NCBI GenBank assembly: GCA_009691725.1
Contig: SIAP01000007.1
Span: 11,689 to 75,688, forward strand
DNA length: 64,000 bases
Direction of reading: 5' to 3'
Origin: Phycisphaerales bacterium
GTDB taxonomy: Bacteria; Planctomycetota; Phycisphaerae; Phycisphaerales; SM1A02
Shown here: piece by piece, positions 17,242 through 25,537 of the stretch
Layout: each line of letters begins with the position of its first letter
How positions within the stretch are numbered: the first letter of the stretch is position 1
Translations under genes and position numbers: made by a program
Notes under the pieces: model-generated
Seen by the model: the letters and a program-made list of their open reading frames with translations, nothing else
Databases searched by the model: none
What the model was told of the DNA's origin: nothing

Positions 17242-18656
17242 GGTTCGCGGTAACTCAAGACTTGCGCGGGCAGCATAGAACGATCTACGGTGACGATCAT
17301 TTCGGATTCTCCGCCGACGATGAATGACCTCCCTCGGCTCGTGATCGTGAACACAAAACTCTGAACATCGAGATTCTTCGCAATCGGCGCAAGTGTCTGA
17401 GCGGTCATTCCGGGGATGTCCAGCACAGCAGCCAGACTCGTCAGTCCTGTGGGTTTTGCGTCACGACGAGAGAGGATCGTGTCCACGAGTTTGGGATTCA
17501 TGTCAAAGACATCGCGAAGCACCGCACCAGTGACGGTGTTGATGTTGATCTTGCCGGGTCCAGGTCGCTTGAACTCCGTTAGCGTGCACTCGTTCAGGAC
17601 TCGACCAATCGCGGCATTGTCCAGATTCCCTGGACCACCTTGGGTCGCGCCTCCCGTTGTGGGAGTGCGCCCGCCGCTCGATCGTCCTGTTCGCCCTCCA
17701 GCGGTGGATGAACCGCTGCCGCTCTTCCCACCACTGGACTGTGCGCCAGAAGTTCCACCAGACTGGGAGAGTGTGGTCAGTGGAACCGACAAGAGTTGCT
17801 CCAGCCTTGCGTTTGGGAGCTTGGCGTAGGCAAGCAGGGCGCTCGCTTGTGGCTCTGTGATTCCAGTTCGATCAACGACGTCTTGTGTGGATGCTTCGGC
17901 GAGCAAGAGTCTGTCCTCGCCGCTCGGCGACATCGCGGCTGACCGCGATACCGCAGTGAGCAATTCGGACCACCCGGCATCGAGGATCCCATCTGGTTTG
18001 TCCTCGGGCCAAGTCTGATCTCCATCATCCTCGTTTGAATCGATGCGACCGTTGAGGTTCCAGTCTTCTCCGCGTGTGTATTCGGGCCATACTCCGGCGA
18101 CGAGTTCCAACTCCGCAAAACTCTGGAAGTTCGCATTGCGAGGTTCGTAGGAGAGCCCGCGATTGTGATAGAAAGGTTTTTCAGCACCGAGCATTCCGGC
18201 CTCTTCGTTTGCATCGCGCCAATCTGTGATCGCACCAACGACATCGGGAGTCATGTCACGGATATTGAGGAACTCCGCACTCGAAAGCAGGTTGATGTTC
18301 GCCTTCGAGTGTTCGTCGAGTGGACCGGCAAACTCCTGACCATCGAGAAAGTGTCGAATGTCGAACGACCCGGTCTCGAGCGTGCCTGAGGAGTGATCCT
18401 GAAGATCCAGAATCATGACCAGCGCATCGGTTGGGTCTGGATTCTCGGTGTGGTACTCGAGGATCGCGATCATTGTTTCAACACCCGCCCGCGCCGCCCA
18501 ACGAGCTTGAACTCGCGCGAGCGCATCGTTGCCAAGCACGGCCTGACGAAACGACATGATCTGAATGCCTCCAACAATCGCCGCTGAGATAGCGACCGCC
18601 CAGATCACGATCACGAGTGCCGACCCTCTGGGGATTCGTTTGTGTCCGGGATTCAA
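17238..18656 (-). CDS. gspK: type II secretion minor pseudopilin GspK-like
   Basis: 472-aa ORF. N-terminus RGSALVIVIWAVAISAAIVGG lacks Glu5, as is typical of GspK. Large size, a helix-hairpin-helix-like C-terminal region and an internal Gly/Ser-rich insert. Confidence 0.7.
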   Translation of the reverse strand: MNPGHKRIPRGSALVIVIWAVAISAAIVGGIQIMSFRQAVLGNDALARVQARWAARAGVETMIAILEYHTENPDPTDALVMILDLQDHSSGTLETGSFDIRHFLDGQEFAGPLDEHSKANINLLSSAEFLNIRDMTPDVVGAITDWRDANEEAGMLGAEKPFYHNRGLSYEPRNANFQSFAELELVAGVWPEYTRGEDWNLNGRIDSNEDDGDQTWPEDKPDGILDAGWSELLTAVSRSAAMSPSGEDRLLLAEASTQDVVDRTGITEPQASALLAYAKLPNARLEQLLSVPLTTLSQSGGTSGAQSSGGKSGSGSSTAGGRTGRSSGGRTPTTGGATQGGPGNLDNAAIGRVLNECTLTEFKRPGPGKININTVTGAVLRDVFDMNPKLVDTILSRRDAKPTGLTSLAAVLDIPGMTAQTLAPIAKNLDVQSFVFTITSRGRSFIVGGESEMIVTVDRSMLPAQVLSYREP

Positions 18657-19615
18657 TTTGGCCTCTGACTCGCGGACCCACCATTTGGGCGGTTTCCATT
18701 TTGGTTCGATCCGCCGCGACCTGCAGCACCGTTCGATCCACCGCGACTTCCTCCGCGATCTCCTCGCCCACCTCGCGAGCCTCCGCTCTCTGGCGCGCCG
18801 ATGTCTGACGGAACAACTGTGGCCGCACTTGATGCTGCGCCTGCGCTCGATGCTGCGCCACCGGCGGAACCGCTGCTCGCATCGGCGACAGAACTGCCAG
18901 CGCCGAGGGTCTCTTCTGGCGGAGGAGGTTCTTCGTAGGGTGGGGTCACACGTTCGATGGGAACGATCGTGCGCAAACTCGTCAGTTCACGAGAATCCTC
19001 ATAGAGATCAGTTCCATCGGTATCACCGCCAGCAGTCACAGTCACTCGGAGCGCCCACGGGAGTCCATGCACATCAGAGTCCCATGTGTCGTACCACTGC
19101 GAGCCATCGTACGCTTCGATGTAGAGCCCGATGATTCCACTCATCACCGGATCAGCCAGTCCGCCACCCCCTTCGTTGTCATCGGGCACGGCATCCGTGC
19201 GAACCCAGAGTGCGCTCCCCAAATCATCGTCGACGACGCGCAATTGAACCTCGTGTTCCAATCCATCGCCCGTGTAGGAGGTGTCCCGAACGGGTGACAA
19301 CTTGGTTGCATAGAGAAGCAATTCACTGCGCGGGATCTCTCCTATGGGAGTCTCGCTGACATCGCCTGAAAGAAGAACGCGCACATTGATTAGATCGTCG
19401 CTTCGAACAACCTGTTGAAGTTCGCGTCGAATCCGGTCGAGCGCGGCATTGACGCGAAGGTGCGCGTTCAGTCGAACCTTGGATGTCGCACGTGCGCGAG
19501 CGAGTTGTCCCAGTGAAGAGCCGATCGTTCCAACCACGATCACCGCAACGATGCCTGCGACGATCAATTCGACGAGCGTAAATGCGCGGCGTGTGGAGCA
19601 GTTACTTCGGCGCAC
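18653..19615 (-). CDS. prepilin-type minor pseudopilin (GspJ-like) with C-terminal RGG-rich tail
   Basis: [19 protein letters not shown] methylation-domain motif. Start placed at GTG 19615, which has GGAGG 6 nt upstream. The ORF stays open up to 19909, but that stretch overlaps gspI and would give a leader of about 108 aa. Confidence 0.65.
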   Translation of the reverse strand: MRRSNCSTRRAFTLVELIVAGIVAVIVVGTIGSSLGQLARARATSKVRLNAHLRVNAALDRIRRELQQVVRSDDLINVRVLLSGDVSETPIGEIPRSELLLYATKLSPVRDTSYTGDGLEHEVQLRVVDDDLGSALWVRTDAVPDDNEGGGGLADPVMSGIIGLYIEAYDGSQWYDTWDSDVHGLPWALRVTVTAGGDTDGTDLYEDSRELTSLRTIVPIERVTPPYEEPPPPEETLGAGSSVADASSGSAGGAASSAGAASSAATVVPSDIGAPESGGSRGGRGDRGGSRGGSNGAAGRGGSNQNGNRPNGGSASQRPN

Positions 19616-20066
19616 TTGAACCCTCCGCCTTGGAATCGAAGTACGCCTGTCGGTCGATTGCCTCCGACGGCATGCGATCTGGATTTGGTTCATCGCCCAA
19701 GCGAAGTGCGATTCTGGTTGCACATCGAAACTCTCGTCCAACGGGATCGCGGATGATCGCAAGGACGTCGCAGGGCTCGCCGGGTTCCGCTTTTTCAATG
19801 TCGACCTGATACTCGAAGTCCGCCCACGGCGAGTCGCACGCTCCCGAGCGATCATGGAGCTTCGGCCAATCTTCGGGTCCATCGACCAGCACACTCGCCA
19901 GTAACTCATCGAGGAGTGCGGCTGCGATCACTGCACGTTCGCCACGCTGTTGATCCATCAGTGCGCGGGCGGCCAGGGAGACGATCGATCCCAATCCGAT
20001 CGCCAAAATGATTCCTGCGATGACAACTTCCATCAGTGCGAATGCGCGTGGAGTGCGTTTCACCAT
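19602..20066 (-). CDS. prepilin-type minor pseudopilin (GspI-like)
   Basis: 154-aa ORF. Leader and hydrophobic helix MVKRTPRAFALMEVVIAGIILAIGLG. Supported by operon position. Confidence 0.65.
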   Translation of the reverse strand: MVKRTPRAFALMEVVIAGIILAIGLGSIVSLAARALMDQQRGERAVIAAALLDELLASVLVDGPEDWPKLHDRSGACDSPWADFEYQVDIEKAEPGEPCDVLAIIRDPVGREFRCATRIALRLGDEPNPDRMPSEAIDRQAYFDSKAEGSSAPK

Positions 20067-20641
20067 CGCTCGCCCCGGCTTGTGACTTCGTCGAGGTCGA
20101 CGGACTCGCGGAAGGAGTTCGGCACACTTCCGGCATCGGTGCGCTGTGGGACGAGGGTGTTGGAGTCCAGACGCAGCACCGTATCGATCGAGCCCGAGAC
20201 AATTCGCATTTCGATGGTCGGTCGCCCGCCACCAGGGACGGTCGCTGCGAGCCAGTCCGTGCCGGTCACAACGCGACCATCAATGGCGAGTTCTGTCAAT
20301 TCCATCCCGCGGGGGAGTGCGACGGGAATGATTCGTTCGTCGGCAGCCCACTCGAAACGCGATCGCTCGCCATCCGTCGTGGTTGCGCTGGGGTCACGGG
20401 TTGATGCCAAGAGTGTGATCCACCCCGTTTCTGGGTCTTGCCACAGCGCAATCTGTTGAGACGAGGTTGCATCACGAAAGGCGTACATCGAAAGTAGGTC
20501 GAGCAACTGCGCGACCGCATTTTCATGCTCTGCCTTTGTCGTTCTGCTCATCCGAGGCACGATCATCGCTGCCAACACCGCGAGGATGATGACTGCGATG
20601 ACCACTTCAATCATCGTGAATGCGCGGCGCACGATCCTCAC
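20060..20641 (-). CDS. prepilin-type minor pseudopilin (GspH-like)
   Basis: 193-aa ORF. MRIVRRAFTMIEVVIAVIILAVLAAMIVPRM. Supported by operon position after gspG. Confidence 0.65.
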   Translation of the reverse strand: MRIVRRAFTMIEVVIAVIILAVLAAMIVPRMSRTTKAEHENAVAQLLDLLSMYAFRDATSSQQIALWQDPETGWITLLASTRDPSATTTDGERSRFEWAADERIIPVALPRGMELTELAIDGRVVTGTDWLAATVPGGGRPTIEMRIVSGSIDTVLRLDSNTLVPQRTDAGSVPNSFRESVDLDEVTSRGERW

Positions 20642-21081
20642 TTCGCTCCGTTCACAATGTCCTTGTTCTCACCGTCGCCCCCTGGCTGCCCATCAGCACC
20701 GTATGACATCAAATCAAAATCAAAGTTCACTTGTCCAGGGATGATTATGATGTACGAGTTTCCCCATGGATCGAGCAGGGCCTGCTTGTTCTCGAGGTAG
20801 GGATCATCTCCCTCTGTCAAGATCTCCAAGTCGAAGTCCTCTGGGCATCGGCTCAACCCAGCTTCGGTCATATAGAGCTTGACCTGTTGCGACAGTTGTG
20901 CGGCCTCGGTCTGGGCGCGCTTATCTTTGGCACTTCCGATGAACTTGGTCAGTCTTGGGACAAAGACTGCCGCCATGATCGCAACAATCGTTACGGCGAC
21001 GATCACTTCGATCAAACTGAATGCGCGTCTGTGAAGCGTGTCGAACGAGCGCGAACGGGTGGAGAACTCAATGGTGGGCAT
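20638..21081 (-). CDS. gspG: type II secretion major pseudopilin GspG
   Basis: 147-aa ORF. RRAFSLIEVIVAVTIVAIMAAVFVP, LLDPWGNSYII and SYGADGQPGGDGENKDI are classical GspG motifs. GAGG lies 5 nt before the ATG. Confidence 0.9.
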   Translation of the reverse strand: MPTIEFSTRSRSFDTLHRRAFSLIEVIVAVTIVAIMAAVFVPRLTKFIGSAKDKRAQTEAAQLSQQVKLYMTEAGLSRCPEDFDLEILTEGDDPYLENKQALLDPWGNSYIIIIPGQVNFDFDLMSYGADGQPGGDGENKDIVNGAK

Positions 21082-21093
21082 GGGAACCTCGCA

Positions 21094-22350
21094 TCATCCG
21101 CCGATCGCGGACTGCAGTTGAAGAAGAGGGAGCAGAATGCCGAGCAGGACGAAGCCTGCAACGACACCCATCACGATGAGGAGAATGGGCGGTAACGCCT
21201 TTGTGAAGACTTTGAGTGATTGATTCACTTGGCGATCAAATGCGTTCGCCGCGTGCATCAGCATCGGCTCGAGCCGTCCCGATCGCTCGCCGATGTTGAC
21301 GATCTGAATGAGCAGCGGAGGGAAAAACCCAGATCGCTCCAGCGGATCCGCCAACGAAGATCCTGTCGTCACAAGTTCTTGGACATCGTCGATCGCGGCC
21401 ATCATCGCTGCATTCCCGAGCGTGTCGCGCACGACGCGTAACGCCTGGAGGATGGGAATGCCAGCGGAAACGAGTGTTCCGAGCGTCCGTGTAAATCTGG
21501 CAACTGCGACATCGCGGAGCAACACTCCCAGAATGGGAGTGCGCAGCAATGTCAGATCCAGGAGCATGCGGTTGCGTGGTTGTTCGACCCACCGACGCCA
21601 GCCAATGACCCCACCGACGACAGCCAGGATGATCGCCCACCACCACACCGTGATGAATGAGGCAACTCCAAGCAAGACCCGTGTGGGGAATGGAAGCACC
21701 ATCCCCGGTTGCCCGGTGATCGGTGCCATCAGCCTTGGCAACACAAATGTGACGAGCACGACAACGCTGACCGAGACGAGTCCCGCAACGAGCATTGGAT
21801 AGACCGTTGCTCCGACGACTTCGCGCTTGAGTTCGACTGATCGATCCAACAAGTCCGCGAGTTGATGCAAGACCTCTGCGTTCCTTCCAGACGCGTCGGC
21901 GGCCCGAAACATGCCGACTGTCATGTCATCGAAGGGTGGTCCGTACTCCTTCGCGGCTTGATGCAACGGGACTCCTGCTTCAACCCGCTCGATCAGAAAG
22001 TCCAAAATGACGGGCAGCGCACGCCCCGTCGCTTGCCTGCGAACCGTCCGGAGTGATTGCATGAGCGGCAAACCAGCTTCGAGCGCGGTGGCAATCTCGC
22101 GGATGAAATTGGTGAGATCGGTCCGCGAGATGGTGGGTCGGGTCGTGCGAGAACGAAGCATAAAGGCAAATCGTCTCATGCCCTCCCCAGAAGCGTTCGC
22201 ACTCTGTCCATGCAACGGGGCAGATGTTTCAAGAGCGGTTGGAACAATTCCCTGTTGCGACAACTGCCGCATGGCATCTGCGCGGTTCACCGCCTGGATC
22301 ACTCCACCGCTCGCCGCGCCGCCAAGTCCTTGATATCGAAAGGTCTGCAT
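21094..22350 (-). CDS. gspF: type II secretion system inner-membrane platform protein GspF
   Basis: 418-aa ORF. Duplicated T2SSF-type cytoplasmic domains (LPLMQSLRTV..., FPPLLIQIVNIGERSGRLEPML) and three hydrophobic segments. Confidence 0.92.
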   Translation of the reverse strand: MQTFRYQGLGGAASGGVIQAVNRADAMRQLSQQGIVPTALETSAPLHGQSANASGEGMRRFAFMLRSRTTRPTISRTDLTNFIREIATALEAGLPLMQSLRTVRRQATGRALPVILDFLIERVEAGVPLHQAAKEYGPPFDDMTVGMFRAADASGRNAEVLHQLADLLDRSVELKREVVGATVYPMLVAGLVSVSVVVLVTFVLPRLMAPITGQPGMVLPFPTRVLLGVASFITVWWWAIILAVVGGVIGWRRWVEQPRNRMLLDLTLLRTPILGVLLRDVAVARFTRTLGTLVSAGIPILQALRVVRDTLGNAAMMAAIDDVQELVTTGSSLADPLERSGFFPPLLIQIVNIGERSGRLEPMLMHAANAFDRQVNQSLKVFTKALPPILLIVMGVVAGFVLLGILLPLLQLQSAIGG

Positions 22351-22358
22351 GGCAAGTC

Positions 22359-23999
22359 CTATCTATGCGTGTCATCGACATCCTGGGTCGCGCGGAGAAC
22401 CTCGGATACCGTCGTCCAGCCATCTTGCGCCTTGCGCATGCCATCTTGCCTCATGTTTTCGAAGTCACTGCTGAGATGTTCGCTGAGTTCACTCACCGAG
22501 AAGCGCTTTGTGATTCCGTTCCGAAGCGCGGGGTTCATTCGGATGAGTTCGAAGAATCCTAGTCTCGAACGGAACCCAGTCTTCTTGCACTCTTCGCAAC
22601 CGACCGCTTTCCATTCGGTGCCGCCAAATCCAAGGAGTTCAGCTGCTGAAAGGCGCGCCTTGGTCGCTTCGGTAAATGGTGTTCGAATCTTGCACTCATT
22701 GCAGAGGCGGCGACCGAGTCGCTGTGCGAGCAACCCTTCCAAGACACTCGCCACCAAGAACGGTTCTGCCCCCATGTCAACGAGCCGACCAACGCTCGAA
22801 ATGGCGTCATTGGTATGGAGTGTTGACAAGATGAGATGCCCAGTCAATGCCGATCGAATCGCGATGTCGACGGTCTCATTGTCGCGCACTTCTCCAACGA
22901 GAATCACATCGGGATCCTGTCGAAGGATCGCGCGGAGTCCGATCGAGAATGTGAGACCGCGCTTTGGGTTCACTGGAATCTGATTGACGCCGCTCAACTC
23001 GTACTCAACGGGGTCTTCGATGGTGATGATCTTCTTGCGGGGGTCGTAGAGTTTGCTCAGCGCTGCGTACAACGTTGTCGTCTTGCCGGACCCAGTCGGA
23101 CCGGTGACCAGAATGAGCCCGTGGGGTTTCTCAATGAGCCGGTCCATCGCCGCACGGTGCGGAGCGTTCATCCCCAAACTCGCTAGATCGAGAGGAAGAT
23201 TGCTCTTGTCAAGAATGCGCATCACCACGCTTTCGCCATAGATCGTCGGCACCGTCGAGACGCGCAAATCGACCTTTCGCCCCTCGAACCGAAGGGTGAT
23301 GTGCCCGTCCTGCGGCACATAGCGCTCTGCGATGTTCATCATCGCCATGATCTTCACGCGCCCGATGAGTGCGGCCTGGAGATGCTTCGGTGGCGGGGGC
23401 TGTTCGATCAGCACGCCGTCGATGCGGTACTTGATCTTGAGGTCACTCTCGAATGGTTCGATGTGGATGTCGCTCGCGCGACCTTGAATCGCCTCCAAGA
23501 TGAATAGGTTGACGAGGTTGATCAGCGTTGGCTGTTCAGCCATGCGATGCACATCGGCGGCATCGATCGCATCCATATTGTGCACCGATTCTTCATCAGG
23601 AGTCTCGGTGGTTCCCGCCAATGATTCGGCGATGCGTGCTGCGGTGGTCCCGTAGGCCCGCCGCATCAATTCGCCAAAGGCATCGGGTTCGACTCCGACT
23701 CTCGTCACTGGGAACTTCGCCAATGCTGCGATCTCATCTGCGGCACCAACATCAAGCGGATTGAACATCGCAACAACGAGTCGTCCGCGTTCCATTCGGA
23801 GCGGAACGGCGCGGACGCGAACCGCAACTTCAGCGCTGATGAGCGCGATCGCGCTTGTTTCGGTTTCTGGAGTTTTTTCGAGCCAAGAAATTCCAAGAGT
23901 GGCGCAGCGATCGCGCACTTTCGCTGCGTCCGACTCTGCGACGCCACCAGTGCGCGAGGTCGATCCAAGACCAAGTTGAAGTTCGCTTGCAGGTGTCAT
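22359..23999 (-). CDS. gspE: type II secretion ATPase GspE
   Basis: 546-aa ORF. Walker A LVTGPTGSGKTTTLYAAL, Asp/His boxes (ILRQDPDVILVGEVRD, TGHLILSTLHTND) and a tetracysteine motif CNEC...CEEC. Confidence 0.95.
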   Translation of the reverse strand: MTPASELQLGLGSTSRTGGVAESDAAKVRDRCATLGISWLEKTPETETSAIALISAEVAVRVRAVPLRMERGRLVVAMFNPLDVGAADEIAALAKFPVTRVGVEPDAFGELMRRAYGTTAARIAESLAGTTETPDEESVHNMDAIDAADVHRMAEQPTLINLVNLFILEAIQGRASDIHIEPFESDLKIKYRIDGVLIEQPPPPKHLQAALIGRVKIMAMMNIAERYVPQDGHITLRFEGRKVDLRVSTVPTIYGESVVMRILDKSNLPLDLASLGMNAPHRAAMDRLIEKPHGLILVTGPTGSGKTTTLYAALSKLYDPRKKIITIEDPVEYELSGVNQIPVNPKRGLTFSIGLRAILRQDPDVILVGEVRDNETVDIAIRSALTGHLILSTLHTNDAISSVGRLVDMGAEPFLVASVLEGLLAQRLGRRLCNECKIRTPFTEATKARLSAAELLGFGGTEWKAVGCEECKKTGFRSRLGFFELIRMNPALRNGITKRFSVSELSEHLSSDFENMRQDGMRKAQDGWTTVSEVLRATQDVDDTHR

Positions 24000-24002
24000 G
24001 GG

Positions 24003-25346
24003 TCACTCGACGGTGCGCGGAGCTTCCTTGGAACTGGCGTTCTCGCGACCACCAGCTTGACGCGAGACTGCTTTCTGGTCGTTCTCGGGTCCTTGGCGTG
24101 GGCTGTCCGTGTCACTGCCGAGATCTGGTCTGGCTGAACCAGCCTTGGGTGAAATCATGGGACGAGCAGCTTCGGCAGCAAGCTTTGGCGCACCTGGAAG
24201 CTGCCTAGCGAGCTCCTCTCCGATGATTGCTGCGATGTCCGCGCGCGCCTTCTCATCGGTCGCGTCACGTTCGGCGTGCAGCGGTTGGTAGGGATCCCTG
24301 ACGATCGGTTTTTCCTGCCGAGAGACCGCCTGATCGCGCCGTCGCCTGGTTTCGTCAGTCTGCTTCTTGGGTTCTTCGATTCGGTGCGCTTGAGCGAGTC
24401 GATTCTGCCAATCTGCATACCAGCCGACATACGCAATTTCGACATCGTTGATTCGGGAGATTTGGTCTGCAGAGAGTCCGGAGAGTTCGCGTGCGGCAGC
24501 GAAGTATCCGATGAGTGGGCTTGCGCGATAGACCGCTGGGTATGCGGTTGCCAGCGCACGCGCTTTGAATCTCGGTCCCCATTCTTCTCCGAAGACGAGT
24601 GCGAGCGAATCAATCGATCGATCTTGGAGGTCGCGGAGCGCGACGCGCTTCGCGACGATCAACTCAAGTTCGTTCAAACCCCGTTCGAAGTCTTGTCCGA
24701 CCATCGCCTCCTTGAGCCTCTCTTGGGACTCCGCAAGTTGGGTCGCCCGCGCCAAGAGCGCCGCATCGAGCTGTGCTTCATAGATCCCCAACGCCGCCTC
24801 CGCCGCAATCATTGCGTCTGGGGGCAGACCGGCCTCAAGAGCAACCGCCCGAAGGTTGACGCTCTCACCACTGAGAAGTCCCTTTGGTAACTCCTTGTCG
24901 CGTCGGAGTGCCATCTCAAGCCGCGGCCAACGTGCCTGTTGCTCATCGCTCAAGACGCTGCGCAAATTTTCGATGAAGCGAAGTTTGAGTCGCGCCTTCT
25001 CCTTGGACCACTTGTTGATCGGCACCATGATGACACCCATCGCACCTTGCTCTCCCGCACTCAAGATTTGGTCCTTCAAATCCTTCATCTGATCTCGTAG
25101 TCCATCGACCCCGACCCTGAAGTCCCCGGCGTAGTCCTGAAAGAGACTCTCGACAGTGGTCTGTTGCCACTCTTCGAGTTCCAATACTTCGTCGAAGATT
25201 GAAATGTCCCGGTTCAGATAGTCGGGTTGAAACGCTTCAACAAAGCCTGCCTGCATTCCGAGTTGGGCGTGCGAGAGGGGAGTCGCAGCGAATGCGGATA
25301 ATGCAACGGTGACGACCAACGAACGAAGATGGGAAAGTGGTTTCAT
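24003..25346 (-). CDS. secreted helical protein of unknown function, first gene of the T2SS-like operon
   Basis: 447-aa ORF. Cleavable signal-like N-terminus (VTVALSAFAATPLSHAQ). Mostly helical with LSDEQ/LSADQ (LTxxQ-like) motifs and a basic disordered C-terminus. Its stop lies 3 nt before the gspE ATG. Confidence 0.65.
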   Translation of the reverse strand: MKPLSHLRSLVVTVALSAFAATPLSHAQLGMQAGFVEAFQPDYLNRDISIFDEVLELEEWQQTTVESLFQDYAGDFRVGVDGLRDQMKDLKDQILSAGEQGAMGVIMVPINKWSKEKARLKLRFIENLRSVLSDEQQARWPRLEMALRRDKELPKGLLSGESVNLRAVALEAGLPPDAMIAAEAALGIYEAQLDAALLARATQLAESQERLKEAMVGQDFERGLNELELIVAKRVALRDLQDRSIDSLALVFGEEWGPRFKARALATAYPAVYRASPLIGYFAAARELSGLSADQISRINDVEIAYVGWYADWQNRLAQAHRIEEPKKQTDETRRRRDQAVSRQEKPIVRDPYQPLHAERDATDEKARADIAAIIGEELARQLPGAPKLAAEAARPMISPKAGSARPDLGSDTDSPRQGPENDQKAVSRQAGGRENASSKEAPRTVE

Positions 25347-25537
25347 GGCGTGGGATCCTTATCGAAGAGTGAGTGACGAGGTTGAACGAAGATTCAGTGC
25401 GGATATGGCACAAAGTTGGCTGTATTTGACGGAAAAAGTCGGCGTCTCACTGACGGGATGAAACCCCGATGGAGAAGCCAAGAACCATGGATGAGTCGTC
25501 CTATAACCGTCGCGAAAGTGGGACTCCATGAGGCGCG

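Noticed and set aside
19616-19909. N-terminal extensions of track ORFs upstream of better starts. This applies here and at 26246-26368, 28568-28606, 29237-29317, 29253-29348, 33467-33622, 36367-36393, 36413-36553, 45542-45598, 46946-47002, 48753-48884, 50419-50571 and 51273-51614.
   Set aside because: The extensions overlap upstream genes or lack homology. Internal ATG/GTG codons with SD-like sequences, or with ATGA/GTGA coupling to the preceding stop, give proteins of canonical length.
22057-22983. 308-aa plus-strand ORF spanning the gspF/gspE junction
   Set aside because: It crosses two well-supported minus-strand genes and has antisense-type composition.
25347-25537. Possible scoB remnant or pseudogene downstream of scoA
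   Set aside because: Only 191 nt are available, and no frame shows ScoB-like sequence. The region is more plausibly the promoter/5' region of the T2SS operon.
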